Shown: in pieces, positions 1-13,249 of the stretch | How positions within the stretch are numbered: position 1 is the first letter of the stretch | Layout: each line of letters begins with the position of its first letter | Assembly (NCBI RefSeq): GCF_963921235.1 | Contig: NC_086098.1 | Location: 205,716,001 to 205,780,000, forward strand | DNA length: 64,000 nucleotides | From: Mobula hypostoma | Lineage: Eukaryota | Direction: 5' to 3' | Program-made: the position numbers and the translations under genes | The notes under the pieces: model-generated | The model's database searches: none | What the model was told of the DNA's origin: nothing | Seen by the model: the letters and a program-made list of their open reading frames with translations, nothing else

Positions 1-651
1 GAATATTGAGAATCCATTCCTGCCCTGGTGCCAGCCAAGTCTCTGTAATGGCCACTACATCATAATTCCATGTATGTATCCAAGCTCTCAGTTCATCACC
101 TTTGTTCCTGATGCTTTTTGCATTGAGGTACACACATTTCAGCCCTTCTACCTTACTGTCTTTACACCGTTTATTCTGCTACTCTTTCCTCAAAGCCTCT
201 CTATATGTTAGATCTGGCTTTACTCCATGCACTTCTTTCACTGCTCTATCGCTCTGGGTCCCATCCCCCTTGCAAATTAGTTTAAACCCTCACGAACCAT
301 GCCAGCGAACCTACCTGCAAGGATATTGCTCCCCCTCGAGTTCAGGTGCAACTCATCCAGTCTGTACAGGTCTCACCTTCCCCAGAAAAGATCCCAATGA
401 TCCAAAAATCTAAAACCCTGCTCCCTGCACCAATTCCTCAGCCACGCATTCAACTCCCATCTCCTCCAATTCTTACCATCACTGTCACGTAGCACTGGCA
501 GCAATCCTGAGAACGCCACCCTTGAGGTCCTGTTCTTCAGCCTTCTGCCTAGTTCCCGAAACTCACACTTCAGGACCTCATCCCTCTTCCTGCCTATGTC
601 GTTGATCCCAACATGTATCACGACCTCTGGTTGCTTTCCCTCTCATACCAG
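1..651 (-). mobile_element. CR1 LINE fragment: ORF1 SGNH/GDSL esterase region and start of ORF2
   Basis: ORF 373..621 (IHVGINDIGRKRDEVLK...RVAFSGLLPV...FRFLDHWDLFWGR) matches the CR1 ORF1 esterase motifs; runs off the window start. Confidence 0.9.
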
Positions 652-1133
652 GAACAACACCTTATATTCTGTCTGGGTAGCCTCCAACCTGATGGCATGA
701 ACATTGACTTCTCTAACTTCCGTTAATGCCCCCCCTCCCCTTCTTACCCGATCCCTTATTTATTTATTTATTTATTTATTATTTTCCCCTTTTTTCCCCC
801 TCTCTCTGTTCCTCTCACAATAACTCCTTGCCCACTCTCCACCTTCCTCTGGTGCTCCCCTCCCCCTTTCTTTCTCCCTAAGCCTCCAGTCCCATGATCC
901 TCTCCCTTCTCCAGCCTTGTATCCCTTTTGCCAATCAACTTTCTAGCTCTTAGCTTCATCCCTCCCCCTCCTGTCTTCTCCTATCATTTCGGATCTCTTC
1001 CTCCCCATCCCACTTTCAAATCCCTTACTATCTCTTCTTTCTTGATGAAGGGTCTCGGCCTGAAACGTCAACTGTACTTCTTCCTATAGATGCTGCCTGG
1101 CCTGCTGCGTTCACCAGCATTTTGTTTGTGCTG
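652..1133 (+). mobile_element. Penelope-like element 3' end: GIY-YIG C-terminus, pyrimidine-rich UTR, terminal repeat with degenerate hammerhead core
   Basis: 652-725 reads EQHLIFCLGSLQPDGMNIDFSNFR*; 1042-1074 is ttgatgaagggtctcggcctgaaacgtcaactg, followed by the shared gatgctgcctggcctgctgcgttcaccagca terminus. Confidence 0.85.
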
Positions 1134-1510
1134 TTTGAACCTGGTGGTGTGAGTCCTGAGGCACTTCTACCTCTTGGCAGCAGCAAGAAGAATACATGGC
1201 CTGGGTGGAGAGAATCTTTGATGACAAATACTGTTTTTCTATGGCAATGTTTCATGTAGATGTGTTCAATGGTTGGGAGGGATTTACTCGTGATGAACTG
1301 GGCTGAATCCACTACTATATGTAGAATTTTCTAATCAAAGGCATTGGTGTTCCCATACCATACCGTAATGCAGCCAGTCAATACACTTTCCACCACACAT
1401 CTAAAGAAGTTTGTCAAGGTTTTTATGACGTGCCAAATCTCCACAGACTCCTAAGGAAGTACAGGAACTGTTGTGCTTTCTTTGCAATTACATTTACATG
1501 ATGATTCTGA
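1134..1510 (-). mobile_element. Rex/Babar-type LINE 3' fragment
   Basis: ORF 1028..1312 contains LPTIEHIYMKHCHRKTVFVIKDSLHPGHVFFLLLP, same family as 3935-4860. Confidence 0.8.
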
Positions 1511-3934
1511 GGGATACTGACTTTCAATGATTAGATCTTGAGCATCATCTAGTAAATACTGAGAAGCCTAATTCAGAAACTTTATCAGTTTGATCACAGC
1601 TTCCAATTCATTTTCAACTTCATCTATAGTCAAGGAAATGGGTCGAGACCAACATATTGGAAATTCAGGCTGGTAGGTTTCTTCATGTCATTGAACTCCA
1701 CTCTATGTTCAAGTGGAGAGATAGCAACAGACAACGGAAAGTTTAATTTATTGGTGTCTTATTTTGTGACAGAAAACTTACAGCTTCATTATAGCTGATT
1801 CTCCACTTAGGCTTAACTGGACACTGCACTCAAAGTCATTGAAGCTCTGGACACCCAGGCAAATGCTAATCTATTATTGCAAACCAGCATAACGGGAAAG
1901 TAGTTGAACAGATCAGAGTGGAATTGTTCCACTGTGAGTCAACACTGCATGTAACATAATGTAATCCTTAAAGAAGCACAGAAGAGCAGAATCATTCCCC
2001 CCCCCCATTAAAATAGGAAAACATGGCTGGTTTTTGCCTTTATGAATGAGCCACAAGACGAGAAGAAAAGGAAGATGGTGTCATGTGGTGTCCTTCACTT
2101 CACTCATGTGGAGAGCCCTGCAGTGTCCGCAGAAATTTTCGAACAATACACAGAGCAATTGACCGGATATCAAAGGGCTGTGTGCACATAGGAATACAGG
2201 ACATGTATAGCTGGCAACCTCAGAAAAGCCACAAAAAAAAAAAATTGCACAGCCTCATGTGACAAACCACCTAAAGAGAGGAAACTGCATGATCAGGTAT
2301 AGCTACTAATCAAAATTTAAAAGTTATATATTCTCTAGTATTTAAATCTTCATTCAATGGAAAACCTTTTTCTTCATTTAAGAAATAGTAGCTTTATTGT
2401 TCAGTATTTCTGATATATTGACATATAAGTTATGAATTTCACTTTGAAGCAGTCACTAACAGATACAAATACATAACTACATTCAAACAATCAACTCATC
2501 TCAGTTATTCATATAAACAGGATTAGTACCCTTTTCTGAATATGTTTTATGGTCAGTGTATAATTTCATTCCTATCTCGATTCTATTCAAGTGAAACTCA
2601 GCAGTGCTTTCTGCCCAGGTAAGTCAAATTACAGTGGACTATGAACTAAACATTTATTTACCACAGGGTGGCTTAGACCTTCAGGCACTAATAGTTCTAA
2701 AAGTGGATTTTATTTTTTCACATGCTAATAGCAATAGCAAATCTTGGGAGGTGAAGGTAAGTGGTTGGGTCTGTCTTCCACAATCAGTATAAACTGAACG
2801 ATTCTTTTCCTACAGGACAAATGGGTCATCTTGTCACACAGCGCTAGGAAGCACTGAAATCTCTGATGACTTGTCAAACTCTGATGCAGCTGTCAATGGT
2901 CCCTCCATCCAGACAATGAGCCATGCCATGTCAAATGAATTTCAATAGCAGTCATGAAAGGAAAACCCTCTAGTCGTGTCCAACAACACAACCATCACTG
3001 TGACAACATGTAGCAAGGAGCTGCTATTCACTAAAGCTGAATCTGTCCCTCCCTTTTAGAGGGCAGATTATGCTAATATTATTGATCATATGAGCTCTCG
3101 CTGAAGAACATGTACAAAGGACAAAAGGTACAAACATTCCTATATTTCCATTCACTTTTTTTGATCATAGTATTTTTGTCTTAACCGGAAATCATTCAGC
3201 ATGTTCTTACATCTAGGAATTCAAGAGTAACAATCTATGGATTAAAGAGAGTGCTCTGTGCCTGCAGCACTGAGTGGTCAAAGTCAACTTCCTGCGAAAT
3301 TTAAACACCCCTTGCTCTCCAAAGAAAATGCAAAGCTAGTGTACTATAGTCCAATTTAGAGACACGTCGTGAAGGCCAATCTCTTGTAAATAGGTAGACA
3401 CAGAAACTAAATGCATGAACGCTTCCAAAATTCTCACTTACCCATCAAGTTGGACAAACATTTGTGTAACATAATATTTTTTTTTGTTCCAGCCGACTTT
3501 GGGTTTCCTTCTCCACTCCATTTGCCAATAAATTTTGCAAATCTTATTCCCTTTTCTCATTCCAAATGGAAAATAAAATCATTAATTTTATTTCAAAATC
3601 TCACCCTTTCCATGTTCCATATCCAGCTCTTCCACTGTCACACTTCAGAAAGCCAAACCCTGCACACAGAGCGTAGTAATTGGCCCCTCAGCCTACCATC
3701 AATGCACCAGCTACCAAACTCCCAAACAAATGCATCAGGCAGAAGTGATTTTATCGTATTTTTTTCAAAATCTAGTAAATGCAAAATACTTCAGATACTG
3801 TAAATAATACAAAATGCTGGAACTACTTTGTGGAATAAGGAGAAACTCCATACAGTGAGTCAAGAGAGAGTCAAAAAGCTCAGTTAATCTTTCATTGGAA
3901 TTGTCTTTCACCAGATAGCTTAAATTTAAACTGA

Positions 3935-4860
3935 AGGGAGATCAAAAACCTGGATGAGTGGTGCCACAACAACAACCTCTCACTCTATGTCAGCAAGACC
4001 AAGGAGGTGATTATTGACTTCAGAAGGAGGAAACCGGAGATCAGGAGATCAGAGGTCGAGAGGGTCAGCAACTTTAAATTCCTCGGTGTTACTATTTCAG
4101 AGGATCTGTCCTGGGTCCAGCATGTAAGTGCCATTACAAAGAAAGCACGGCAACAGCTCTACTTTCTTAGAAGTTTGTGAAGATTCAACATGGCATCTAA
4201 AACTTTTACAAACTTCTATAGTTGTGTGGTGAAGAGTATATTGACTGGTTACATCATGGCCTGGTATGGAAACACCTAACGCCCCTGAATGGAAAATCCT
4301 GCAAAAAGTAGTGGATATGGTCCAGTCCATCATAAGTAAATTCCTCCCTACCATTGAGCACATCTACATGGAGCACTGTCGCAGGAAAGCAGTATCCACT
4401 ATCAGGGACCCCTACCACCCAGGTCATGCTCTCTTCTCCCTGCTGTCATCGGGAAGAAGGTACAGGAGCCTCAGGAGCCACACACCTGATTCAGGAACAG
4501 TTATTAACCCTCAACCATCAGGCTCTTGAACCAGAGTGGATAACAACGCTCAACTTCACTCACCCCATCACTGAACTGTTCCCACAACCTGCGGACTTAC
4601 TTTCAAGGAATCTTCATTTCATATCCTATATACTTAGTTCTTTATTTATTTATGTATTTATTTATCATTATTATTATTTTTTTTCTTTTGTATTTGCATT
4701 GTTGTCTTTTGATCATTGTCCATCCTGTTGGGTGTGGTCTTTCACTGATTCTATTATAATTCTTATATTTACTGACTATGCCCACAAGAAAGCAAATCTC
4801 TGGGTTGTATATGGTGACATAGGCATATATACTTGGATGTTAAATTTACTTTGTACTTGT
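3935..4860 (+). mobile_element. Rex/Babar-type LINE 3' fragment with 3' UTR
   Basis: ORF 4266..4529 LPTIEHIYMEHCRRKAVSTIRDPYHPGHALFSLLSSGRRYRSL; upstream SKTKEVIIDFRR motif; T-rich UTR. Confidence 0.85.
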
Positions 4861-5499
4861 ATTTTGTAATGTTTACTTCCTCGTCACTGCTGCACTGGTA
4901 TGGAGGATTACGATGGATGACTGCTTCGCAAAACATCTTCACTCGCTTTACAAGCATGGCTCTGAGCTTCTAGTCATCCATTTTATCCACTCTTTCCTCT
5001 GTCCTTTCCTTTCTACATGTTGTGAGCAGAGCTCATAGCAAGCACCAGGCAGAAAAACCACTTTGGGTTTTAGATAAATTACACCAGAGTCACCACTGAT
5101 CAGGCAGCAATTCTGCCAATTCTGTGCCTCCTCTGGAGTTGCCTTTTGTTTCTCAACTTGCTCTACGGTCCATTGCTCTTGCATTACAACAACATTTTTC
5201 ATCATGAATCTTCCAACAGTCACAATTTCACAAATATTCTTTCCCATTTTTCTTGCTTATTTAAAACTATCATCAAATATCAAGTTTCTGGTAACAGGGC
5301 ATCAATACAATGCAAGATATGTATTTTGTACTTTCAGTTTGTGTTTTTGATTTCCAGCACCCAACCTACTGTACTTTCATTGCATGAATTCTTCAGTGTC
5401 TAGTTGTTAAAAGAGCCCTTGTTTCCATTTTGCATCATGCTAGGGAACACAGCTCAGTTCCTTATATGAAAATCAATAACCTGATGTTCTACCCTGTTC

Positions 5500-5975
5500 T
5501 ATCATAGGATTTCCATCTTGCTTTGTTCCCTTTCCATGATGACCTTTTCCCTAGTTGTTTTTCATAAGGAATTGACCAAACATGGATTCCAACTTGTGGT
5601 CTACACTTCCATGCTGCTCCTTGCTGCATTCAATACCCTGACAGGTAGTTTTCCACTTCCTTTCAGACCAGTATCACAAACTCTAACACTACTGTATTCC
5701 AAAATCCCTCTGGATCTTACTCAACCTGCATGTTCCCGAGATCACACCTCTCCCTTCTTAAACCTCTCTCTGCCGTGTTTCCATTATCCCTTCTGATCTT
5801 CACCTCTCTAAACCCCCCCCCCCACCCCCAAAATTGATTCTCTATCACATTCTCATTCTGGCTGCTCATTCTGTGGCTTCCTGTCCTGTCCCAGCTTGAG
5901 GAACAGCACCTCATCCTCCACTCGAGCATGTTGCAGCCATCTTTACTCCAGGCTGAATTGTACAACTTCAGGGAC
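5500..5975 (+). mobile_element. Highly decayed Penelope-like fragment
   Basis: 5895-5975 gaggaacagcacctcatc...ttgcagcca...acaacttcagg resembles the EEQHLI..LQP..NFR C-terminus seen at 652-725. Confidence 0.5.
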
Positions 5976-7109
5976 CTTGACTTTGCATTTGTTTCAGAAA
6001 TAATCTGTGCTGTTAATTCAGCTTGCTTTTTTTTCCTGTCTTGGAAGTGAAGGATGCAGCCAGCCTGACCCACTGGGCAGGTTCTTCCGCTCTGCAGTTG
6101 GCAATTCCCGTTCTCTTCCAGCCATGTTATCAACTTTAAACTGCTTCCATTCATTCATTGACCAGGCAGTCTTGTCTACAACCTATCCATGTGTTTTGTC
6201 CTATCAGAGACTTCACTCCTTACCTACATTGCCTGCGTACCTACAAGGGCTTTTCAGGTAAGAGTAGAAAAGGTTAAAGGGCAGGTGTGAGGCAAGGATA
6301 GGAATGGAAGCAGATACAACAGTGGCATCTAAGAGGCTTTAGACATGGACATTAACATGCAGAGAATGGAGGGTGTGGATCACGTACAGGCAGAAGAAGT
6401 TCAGCATCATGTTCAGCACAGACATAGTAAGGCAAAGTGACTATGCTTCTCTTGTTCAATTTTCAGTTCTGACAAGGAGTCACTAACTCACTTTCTTGTC
6501 CCACAAATGTGGCCTGACCTTCTGACTGCCTCCAGCATTTTGTGTTTTCATTTCAGTTCCTTACGTGCTCTTCTTGACCCAGCCTTATGAGCAGCTCTTC
6601 AGTAATGGAGAACTATGATAATGAACCTCTCTGACAGTAATCTGTTGATAACGTGACCTTTCTGTGCATCGTGCTGCGCTAGATCAGCTGTCACCTTTCT
6701 ACACTACGGGGCAATACAGAACATTTTATTTGCATAGTGCATGATAGTGCAAACTGGAAGCGCCTCAGGCAATTTGGAGCCTCCTCAAACCACAGTTATA
6801 ATACAAGCACTCATATTGCACATGAAGCACTTGAACTCTTTGCATACTTTTCCATTTTGTTGATCATTGTTCAGAAGGCCATAAGTCTTTCATTCAAAAA
6901 CAAAATGATGAGGCACTTTTAGGATACAAACTCTCATCTATATTGTGTCTTCGGACTAAGAAAGCTAATAATATTGACCTTTATGAACAGCTTAGCATGA
7001 AGTTTCAACATCTTTCTGCGAGCTGAAATCAGCATGAGCGGTCGTTTATTGATGATGGAGCACAAAGTTTAAGAAGAGTTCAGGAATTTCAGCTTGATGA
7101 AATCAGCGC

Positions 7110-8880
7110 AGGGCCAGTAAAAACAAAGAAGATGTGGCCATTGTGTGGGTGCAGTATTGCTAGAGTGTTCTGTCTTTGGCTCAACTGGTTTGGGCAAGCA
7201 CGGGCAGAAGAAGTTCTAAGTAAGTAAGTAAGAAAGTTTCTAGTAGTTTTTTTTCCTGTTAGTATATAGCTTATGCACTGAGAACAAACCTGGAGGTGGT
7301 GGTATGTTCCTTGTTTGAGATGTAGGAAGCTCAGGACAAATACAATCTCCCTGGTAACTACATCTGCACGAAGTGCATTGACCTGCAGCACCTAAAGGAA
7401 CAGGAACTGCAGCTGGATGACTTTCGGCTCATACAGAAGAATAAGAAGGTGATAGGAGCTACAGGGAGGGAGCCCCCCTAAGTTGCAGGAGGCAGGTCCC
7501 TGGGAGACTGTCAGAGGGAAGGAGAAAGGGAATAGGCAGCCAGTGCAGAGTATCCCTGTGGTCGTTCCCCTCAATAATATGTATACTGCTTTGGAGACTG
7601 TTGGGGGCCGGGGGTGGGGGAGGAATCTACGACAGGGTGGCTACAGCAACCGGATCCCTGGCACTGAGTCTGGCTCTGTGGCTCGGAAAGGAAAGGGGGT
7701 GAAGAGCAGTGCAGTAGTGATAGGGGATTCCATATTTAGAGGAGGAGAATGCAGATTCTGTGGCTGTGAAAAGGATACTTGGATGGTATGTTGCTACCCT
7801 GGTACCAGGGTTAGGGATGTCTCATATCAGTCCATGGCATTCTAAGGGGGAGGGTGATCATGGAAGAAATTGGTACCAACAACATAAGTAGGAAAAGAGA
7901 GGGGGTCCTGAGGAGAGAAAATTGAGAGGGAGTTAGGTAGAAAACAGGACATTCAAGGTAGTAATCTCTATATTGCTGTTTGTGCCACATTCTCTTGAGG
8001 GTAAGAGTAGGATGATTTGGCAGATGAATGCCAGGTTTCAGATTTCTGGATCATTGGGATCTCTTCTGGAGAATGTATGACCTGTACATAAAGGGCAGGT
8101 TACACCTGAACACAAGCGTGACCACTATCCTAGCAGGCAGGGTTGCTAGAGCTGTGGGGAAGAGTTTAAACTAATTTGGCAAGAGAATGGGAACCGGAGT
8201 GATAGGGCTGAGGTTGGGGCAGTTGGTGTACAACTGGATGCAGTGTGTAATGAGGCAAAATTGAAGTTAGTGTATTGAGTTAAAGTGTTACAGGGGACCA
8301 AAATACAGGACTGAAAGTGTTTGAATGCAGAATAAAGTAGATGATTTTGTGGTGCAGTTAGAGATTGGTAGGTATGGTGCTGTGGGCATCTCTGAGTCAT
8401 GGCTGAAAGAAGATCATAGTTGGGAACTTAACATCCAAGGATACACGTTATCGCAAAAGAACTGGCAGGTAGGCAGAACGGATGGTGTGGCTTTATTGGA
8501 AAAAAGGGAAATCAAATCCTTAGAAAGGTCTGGATAAAGTGAATATGGAGAGGATGTTTTCTGTAGTGGGGGAGTCTAAGACCAGATGACACAACCTCAG
8601 AATTGAGGGACATTCATTTAGAACAGAGACAAGAAAAATCTTCTTTAGCCAGAGAGTAATGAATCTGTGAAATTCATTGCCACAGGCAGCTGTGCAGGCC
8701 AAGTCAATGGGTATATTTAAGGCCAAGGTTGATAGGTTCTTGATTAATCAGGGCTTCAAAGGTTACATGGAAAAGACAGAAGAATGGGGTTGAGAGGGTT
8801 AATAAATCAGCCACAATGGCTTGGTGCGGCAAACTCAATGGGCTGATCGGCCTAATTCTGCTCCTGTGTCTTATGGGCTG
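7110..8880 (+). mobile_element. CR1 LINE with large internal deletion: ORF1 plus APE start joined to the RT 3' end
   Basis: ORF 7483..7845 AVVIGDSIFRG...VCCYPGTRVRDV (esterase); ORF 8325..8537 VGISESWLKEDHSWELNIQGY (APE); from ~8528 a CR1 3' terminus ending cctaattctgctcctgtgtcttatgg. Confidence 0.85.
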
Positions 8881-11305
8881 ATTTAAATACTCAATAAATC
8901 TATTATCAGTGCCTGTCATTTGTTTGTACAATGTTGGGGGGAGTCAGGGTGGGAGGTCAGAGGTGGGGGAGGGTGGCATGCAATTCACAATAAAATGGGT
9001 GTTCAAGTAATGTAAGCACTTCTCCAATGGCTGTGGAGGAGACTTGATGAAGTATTTTACATGGTGTTTACACTTTGGATATTCTATGCTTAAATTAGCA
9101 TTTTGATACAGTAGGAAGTACAATTTGTGTTGTAGATTTTCTGTGAGTTTTGACTTATTGAAAGCTAAGAAATAGTGCCTACAAATTTTTAAACCATGTT
9201 TTCTTTCTTAGTCCTACCAGTGGAAGGACGTAATAAAGAGGGTCAAAGCCGGGCACTTCTGTGAGTGGTAGTGGCTAAGCACCTCTTCCTGCAGTGGTAA
9301 TTACTCTGAAATGAAAAGCAACCTCAGGTATTGATTTTGTTGTCCTGTATGTATCTGCACCCTCAATGACTACAGCCATGAACAAAGGTACAAGGTTATG
9401 CAGCGAACCATTTCTATAAACCATGCCAGTTTTTAGCAAGACTGAGAATACTGACTACTGTACTAGAAGGAGGTCAGCAAAGCCCTGAATTCCACCCCAC
9501 TCACTCTCATTTCCCAGTGTGGTAAATCTAGAAATGAGAGACTCGCATGCAACTTGAATTTAAAACTCTATTCACAGCATTTATTATTGGTAGCTCTGGT
9601 GCAGAAGACACCAGGTGGTCACAGTTTCCATAACAATCTGCAGTGTGTTATCAAGAAAATGCAGCTTGTGAATTCCTCCAAAACAGCCCCTTCAACTGCT
9701 TTATATTTAATTAAAATGAATCTGGGCTGCATTTGGAATTCAGAATATACCATATAAATTACAGATTTTCCTTTGCTAATTTAGTCAGTGCGCCTTTCCC
9801 CACTTGAATTGTTCGTTAAGAGTTCAGTCAATTAAGGTGGTGACAAATATAAGTATTCACCCTGCTTGGACGATTCTTGGTAATTGACAATTTGGCAATA
9901 TTCTGTATTTTAACATTCAACATGCACCTATAACTCCAACTACTTTGCTTTGCACCTCTCACTATATTAAATTGCTTTTTGACCAACACTAAATAAGCCT
10001 TCTATACCAGTGGATGACAGAAAAAGTGGCAGAATTTATTGTGATAAAACACACAAACGTATTGATGCAAACGCTGCTTCCAGGTAAGAAGCCACTCAAC
10101 ATCAATTATGTACAGTAATGTGGATTATTAAACTGTCAAAGTAAAATAAATCTGGTGCAGCAATGATACAAGATTTACCTCGTCAACATATACACATATT
10201 GAAATGCATTTTAGACAGATGCTTGCAGCAAAACTTGAAGATTAGCACTCCCACCCACCATCTTTCCATCAACCCACCCCCTTTTTCGCAGAAATAGTGA
10301 CAAAAACAGAACTGCATATAATATTAGTTCAGAAAAATAGATGACTTAAAACTTTTTCAATAATTCCCAATTGTGTATTCGCTTAACATAAGTAATGCAG
10401 AAAGGCTTAGGGTCACACCTCCATCAGGGCATAAAAATCTCCGAATAAATCAAGATTTTCTGACCTTCCCTCTGAAAACACAATTTTCCTTGCCAGTCTA
10501 AGTGTTTCTTATAGCTATGGAGGTGTAAGCAAATATGCAGATACAACTTCATCTCAAGAGAAAGCCTTCTCATCTGTCTCTATCATATTGACTGAGTGAA
10601 ATTTTCACTAATAATTGTTAGGGGAACCTTAACTTTATTTTCTTTCAAGATTATATTCATTGACACTACAATAAACTCATGTGATTACTGGATTTGTATA
10701 ATTAATGCTTTCCTGCTTAGATATACCAAAAAAGGGGCAAACCAGATGTACTGATTCTTTACTTACTGGTTTTAAACTCAAGATCTGAAGGCATCCCAAA
10801 AAAGAGAGATATTTATTAGATGATCTGCTGAGGTATAGATACAAGAAAGCCCATTATTTAGCTAACCTTAGTTTATCTAGCAGTACTCGCAATACAATTG
10901 GTCTTAAAGGTCCTTTGGGAGAATGGTGAAAAGATAATGAACTCAGTAACTGTGATTGGAAGTGAATGCCTGTGGGGTTCGAGCAAAGACAGAAGGAGGC
11001 TTTGCTCCAACATCGCCAAGGAAAGAAAAGCCAGCCAACATTTGAAGGATTATAACGTCAGCAGTCAAAATGGAACGTGTGGTGTCATATCCGAGTAAGG
11101 AGGAGGGAAAGGGAAGGATTGGCAACCATGAGCTATTGATAAAAGTAAATAAACGTTCAACAAATGAGAAGCGCTGTTTTAAAAAATCAGAATTCTACAG
11201 AAATGTTGACAAAAAACGTATATGTTAATTTTGAAAAAATGCAAGACTCTTTTTGTCAATGGTTTCTAACATTCCTATCAACAATTCATCAGGGCTGATA
11301 AAGGA

Positions 11306-11438
11306 TTGATGAAGGGTCTTGGCCCAAAATGTCAACTGTACTGTTTTCCATGGATGCTGCCTGACCTGCTGAGTTCCTCCAGTATTTTGTGGGTATCGCT
11401 TGGATTTCCAGCATCTGCAGATTTTCTCTTGTTTGTGA
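11306..11438 (+). mobile_element. Penelope-derived terminal repeat with decayed hammerhead core
   Basis: ttgatgaagggtcttggcccaaaatgtcaactg followed by gatgctgcctgacctgctgagttcctccag...ccagcatctgcag. Confidence 0.8.
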
Positions 11439-12484
11439 TCTAACCTTCCTTTTGTGGGTTTTTACGTGCAATTGGAAGCTAAAAGAAAAGACTGCACTAT
11501 TTCTTTTAAGTACTCTGCACTCCTGCACTGTTTAGTGATAGCCAAGCAGAATTATCCTAAGCTATTCTCCACATGGACGATCAGAATATATATTAAAGTG
11601 CTGGTTCCACTTTTCAACTATCACTGCTAAACAGCAAGTCCCATTTCATCACTACTTCTTCCAACAGAATTTGGGTGCATTTTAAGCCAACAAAGATAAT
11701 GATAATCTTGTTTTTTATCCTGTATCACTTGGGCCTCCTTCTTAGTGCCCATCAGTCAACAATACAAAACTATCTAAATTCATTTCAATAAGGGGAAAAT
11801 GAATAAATACAATAGTAACTTCACTCAATTTGATAATTCTGATTTCAAAACCATTCCAATCTGGAACAAAGTTCAGTAAATAAACAATGCATTTGCTAGC
11901 AAATGGAAGCAGTGCCAATCATGAATAGCGATTCCCAACATTCAGGTAAAAGCCAAAAGGCAGTGACTTCCAATCAATCCCGGCCAGAAGTCAAGTAGAA
12001 TTTCCTTGAGTGGATCCAAAAAGACTAACATCTTAAAATTGTTGATCTGATTTAGGAAACTAAAGAGGAGTTAAAGCAGATCTGCCAATCTCTTATCTAG
12101 GCCACAATTTTTAGATAAGCATTTAAATCAAAATTTGAAAAGGAATATTAAATGTCTAACTTGGAACAGAGATCAAGGAGTAATGTATCTACAATGATGA
12201 AAAGGCACGATTAGAAGCAGATTCAAATGCAAAAATAAATTTTAAGAGCTTCAGGGAAGAAAGATGGAGGGAGATGTTTATTTATCAGTGGAACTGCAAC
12301 AGAGAAAATCAGAGATAACTTCCATGCCGTTAATGATGACAGGAATGCCAGGAACGTTGTTGCTCGCTTCAATTGTTTACATGATTTGTACTTTTCTTCT
12401 CTTGTGCATTGAGGTTTGGTCTGTTATTTTTTTCTTCTTTAATTGGGTTCTTTCAGGTTTCTTGCTTTGTAGTATTGGAAAATG

Positions 12485-12600
12485 CAAATGCACACATTGT
12501 ATTTTCTATAGTATTACAGTATTTACTCAAATGTACTACAGTATTTACTCAACAGTATTCATTCAAATGCACACATTGTATTTTCTACAATATTTACTAT
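12485..12600. repeat. Local micro-duplication mosaic
   Basis: caaatgcacacattgtattttcta at 12485-12508 and 12564-12587; tacagtatttactcaa at 12515-12530 and 12537-12552. Confidence 0.85.
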
Positions 12601-13249
12601 GTAACTACTGTTAGCTCATTAGAAGGTATTCACTATGTAGCCATGACTTTTGACCTGTTCACTATTAATTCATGAGAGAACTAGAATGAAACCAAGTAGA
12701 GAGATAACGGTGGCAGGTAAGATGATGAAATATGTGGCAGTATGTCAATGCAAGACTAATTAAGAAATAACTGTGGCTAGGGATGAGAAGACATATGGTC
12801 CAAAAATGTAAACTAGAACATAATTAAGTTGGGGAGTAAAACAATAGTGGAAAGTCAAGAGCGGATATATTGATGATATGTAATCACAGGCCAATTGGAT
12901 ATGATAATGTAGCTAAGATAGGAGAATTGCTATAAAAGATGAGATGTACAAGCATCGGCAGACAGTCAGCGACTAGCTTACTGATTGTCTCAGCTTTGAT
13001 TTGCAAATTAAAGTTTAAAGCTTCTTGAAGGATTTTCTGCATCTCCTTGTTGTTTGTGAGAAACGAGAAACCATTACAGTAGCTACCTGTGAGCAAACAA
13101 ATCTCGAGGTTGTATAATTTATTCCTTCTTTTATAATAAATATGCTCAAATCTTGAATTGTGCGTTGCCAAAATATTTAACAGCAAAAGGCTGATACCTT
13201 TAGGTTTATGAAAATAGGTCCATACTTATACAACTAGTGAACCAATATA

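Noticed and set aside
2604-2820. Plus-strand cluster of consensus splice sites (two gtaagt donors, two acceptors)
   Set aside because: The implied introns are only ~48 and ~59 nt, too short for typical vertebrate splicing, and the segment resembles decayed LINE endonuclease sequence
4948-5247. 99-aa minus-strand ORF
   Set aside because: No recognisable domain or splice boundaries; probably decayed repeat
6565-6612. Possible 48-nt minus-strand exon (FSITEELLIRLGQEEH)
   Set aside because: Weak acceptor without a polypyrimidine tract, donor overlapping a decayed Penelope terminus, and peptide not recognised
6905-7026. ATGATGA ... CTGA as a possible C/D snoRNA
   Set aside because: No terminal stem and no recognisable rRNA guide; such motif pairs arise by chance
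12485-12600. CRISPR-like repeat-spacer appearance
   Set aside because: Only two copies of each repeat, irregular spacing, vertebrate context and no cas genes
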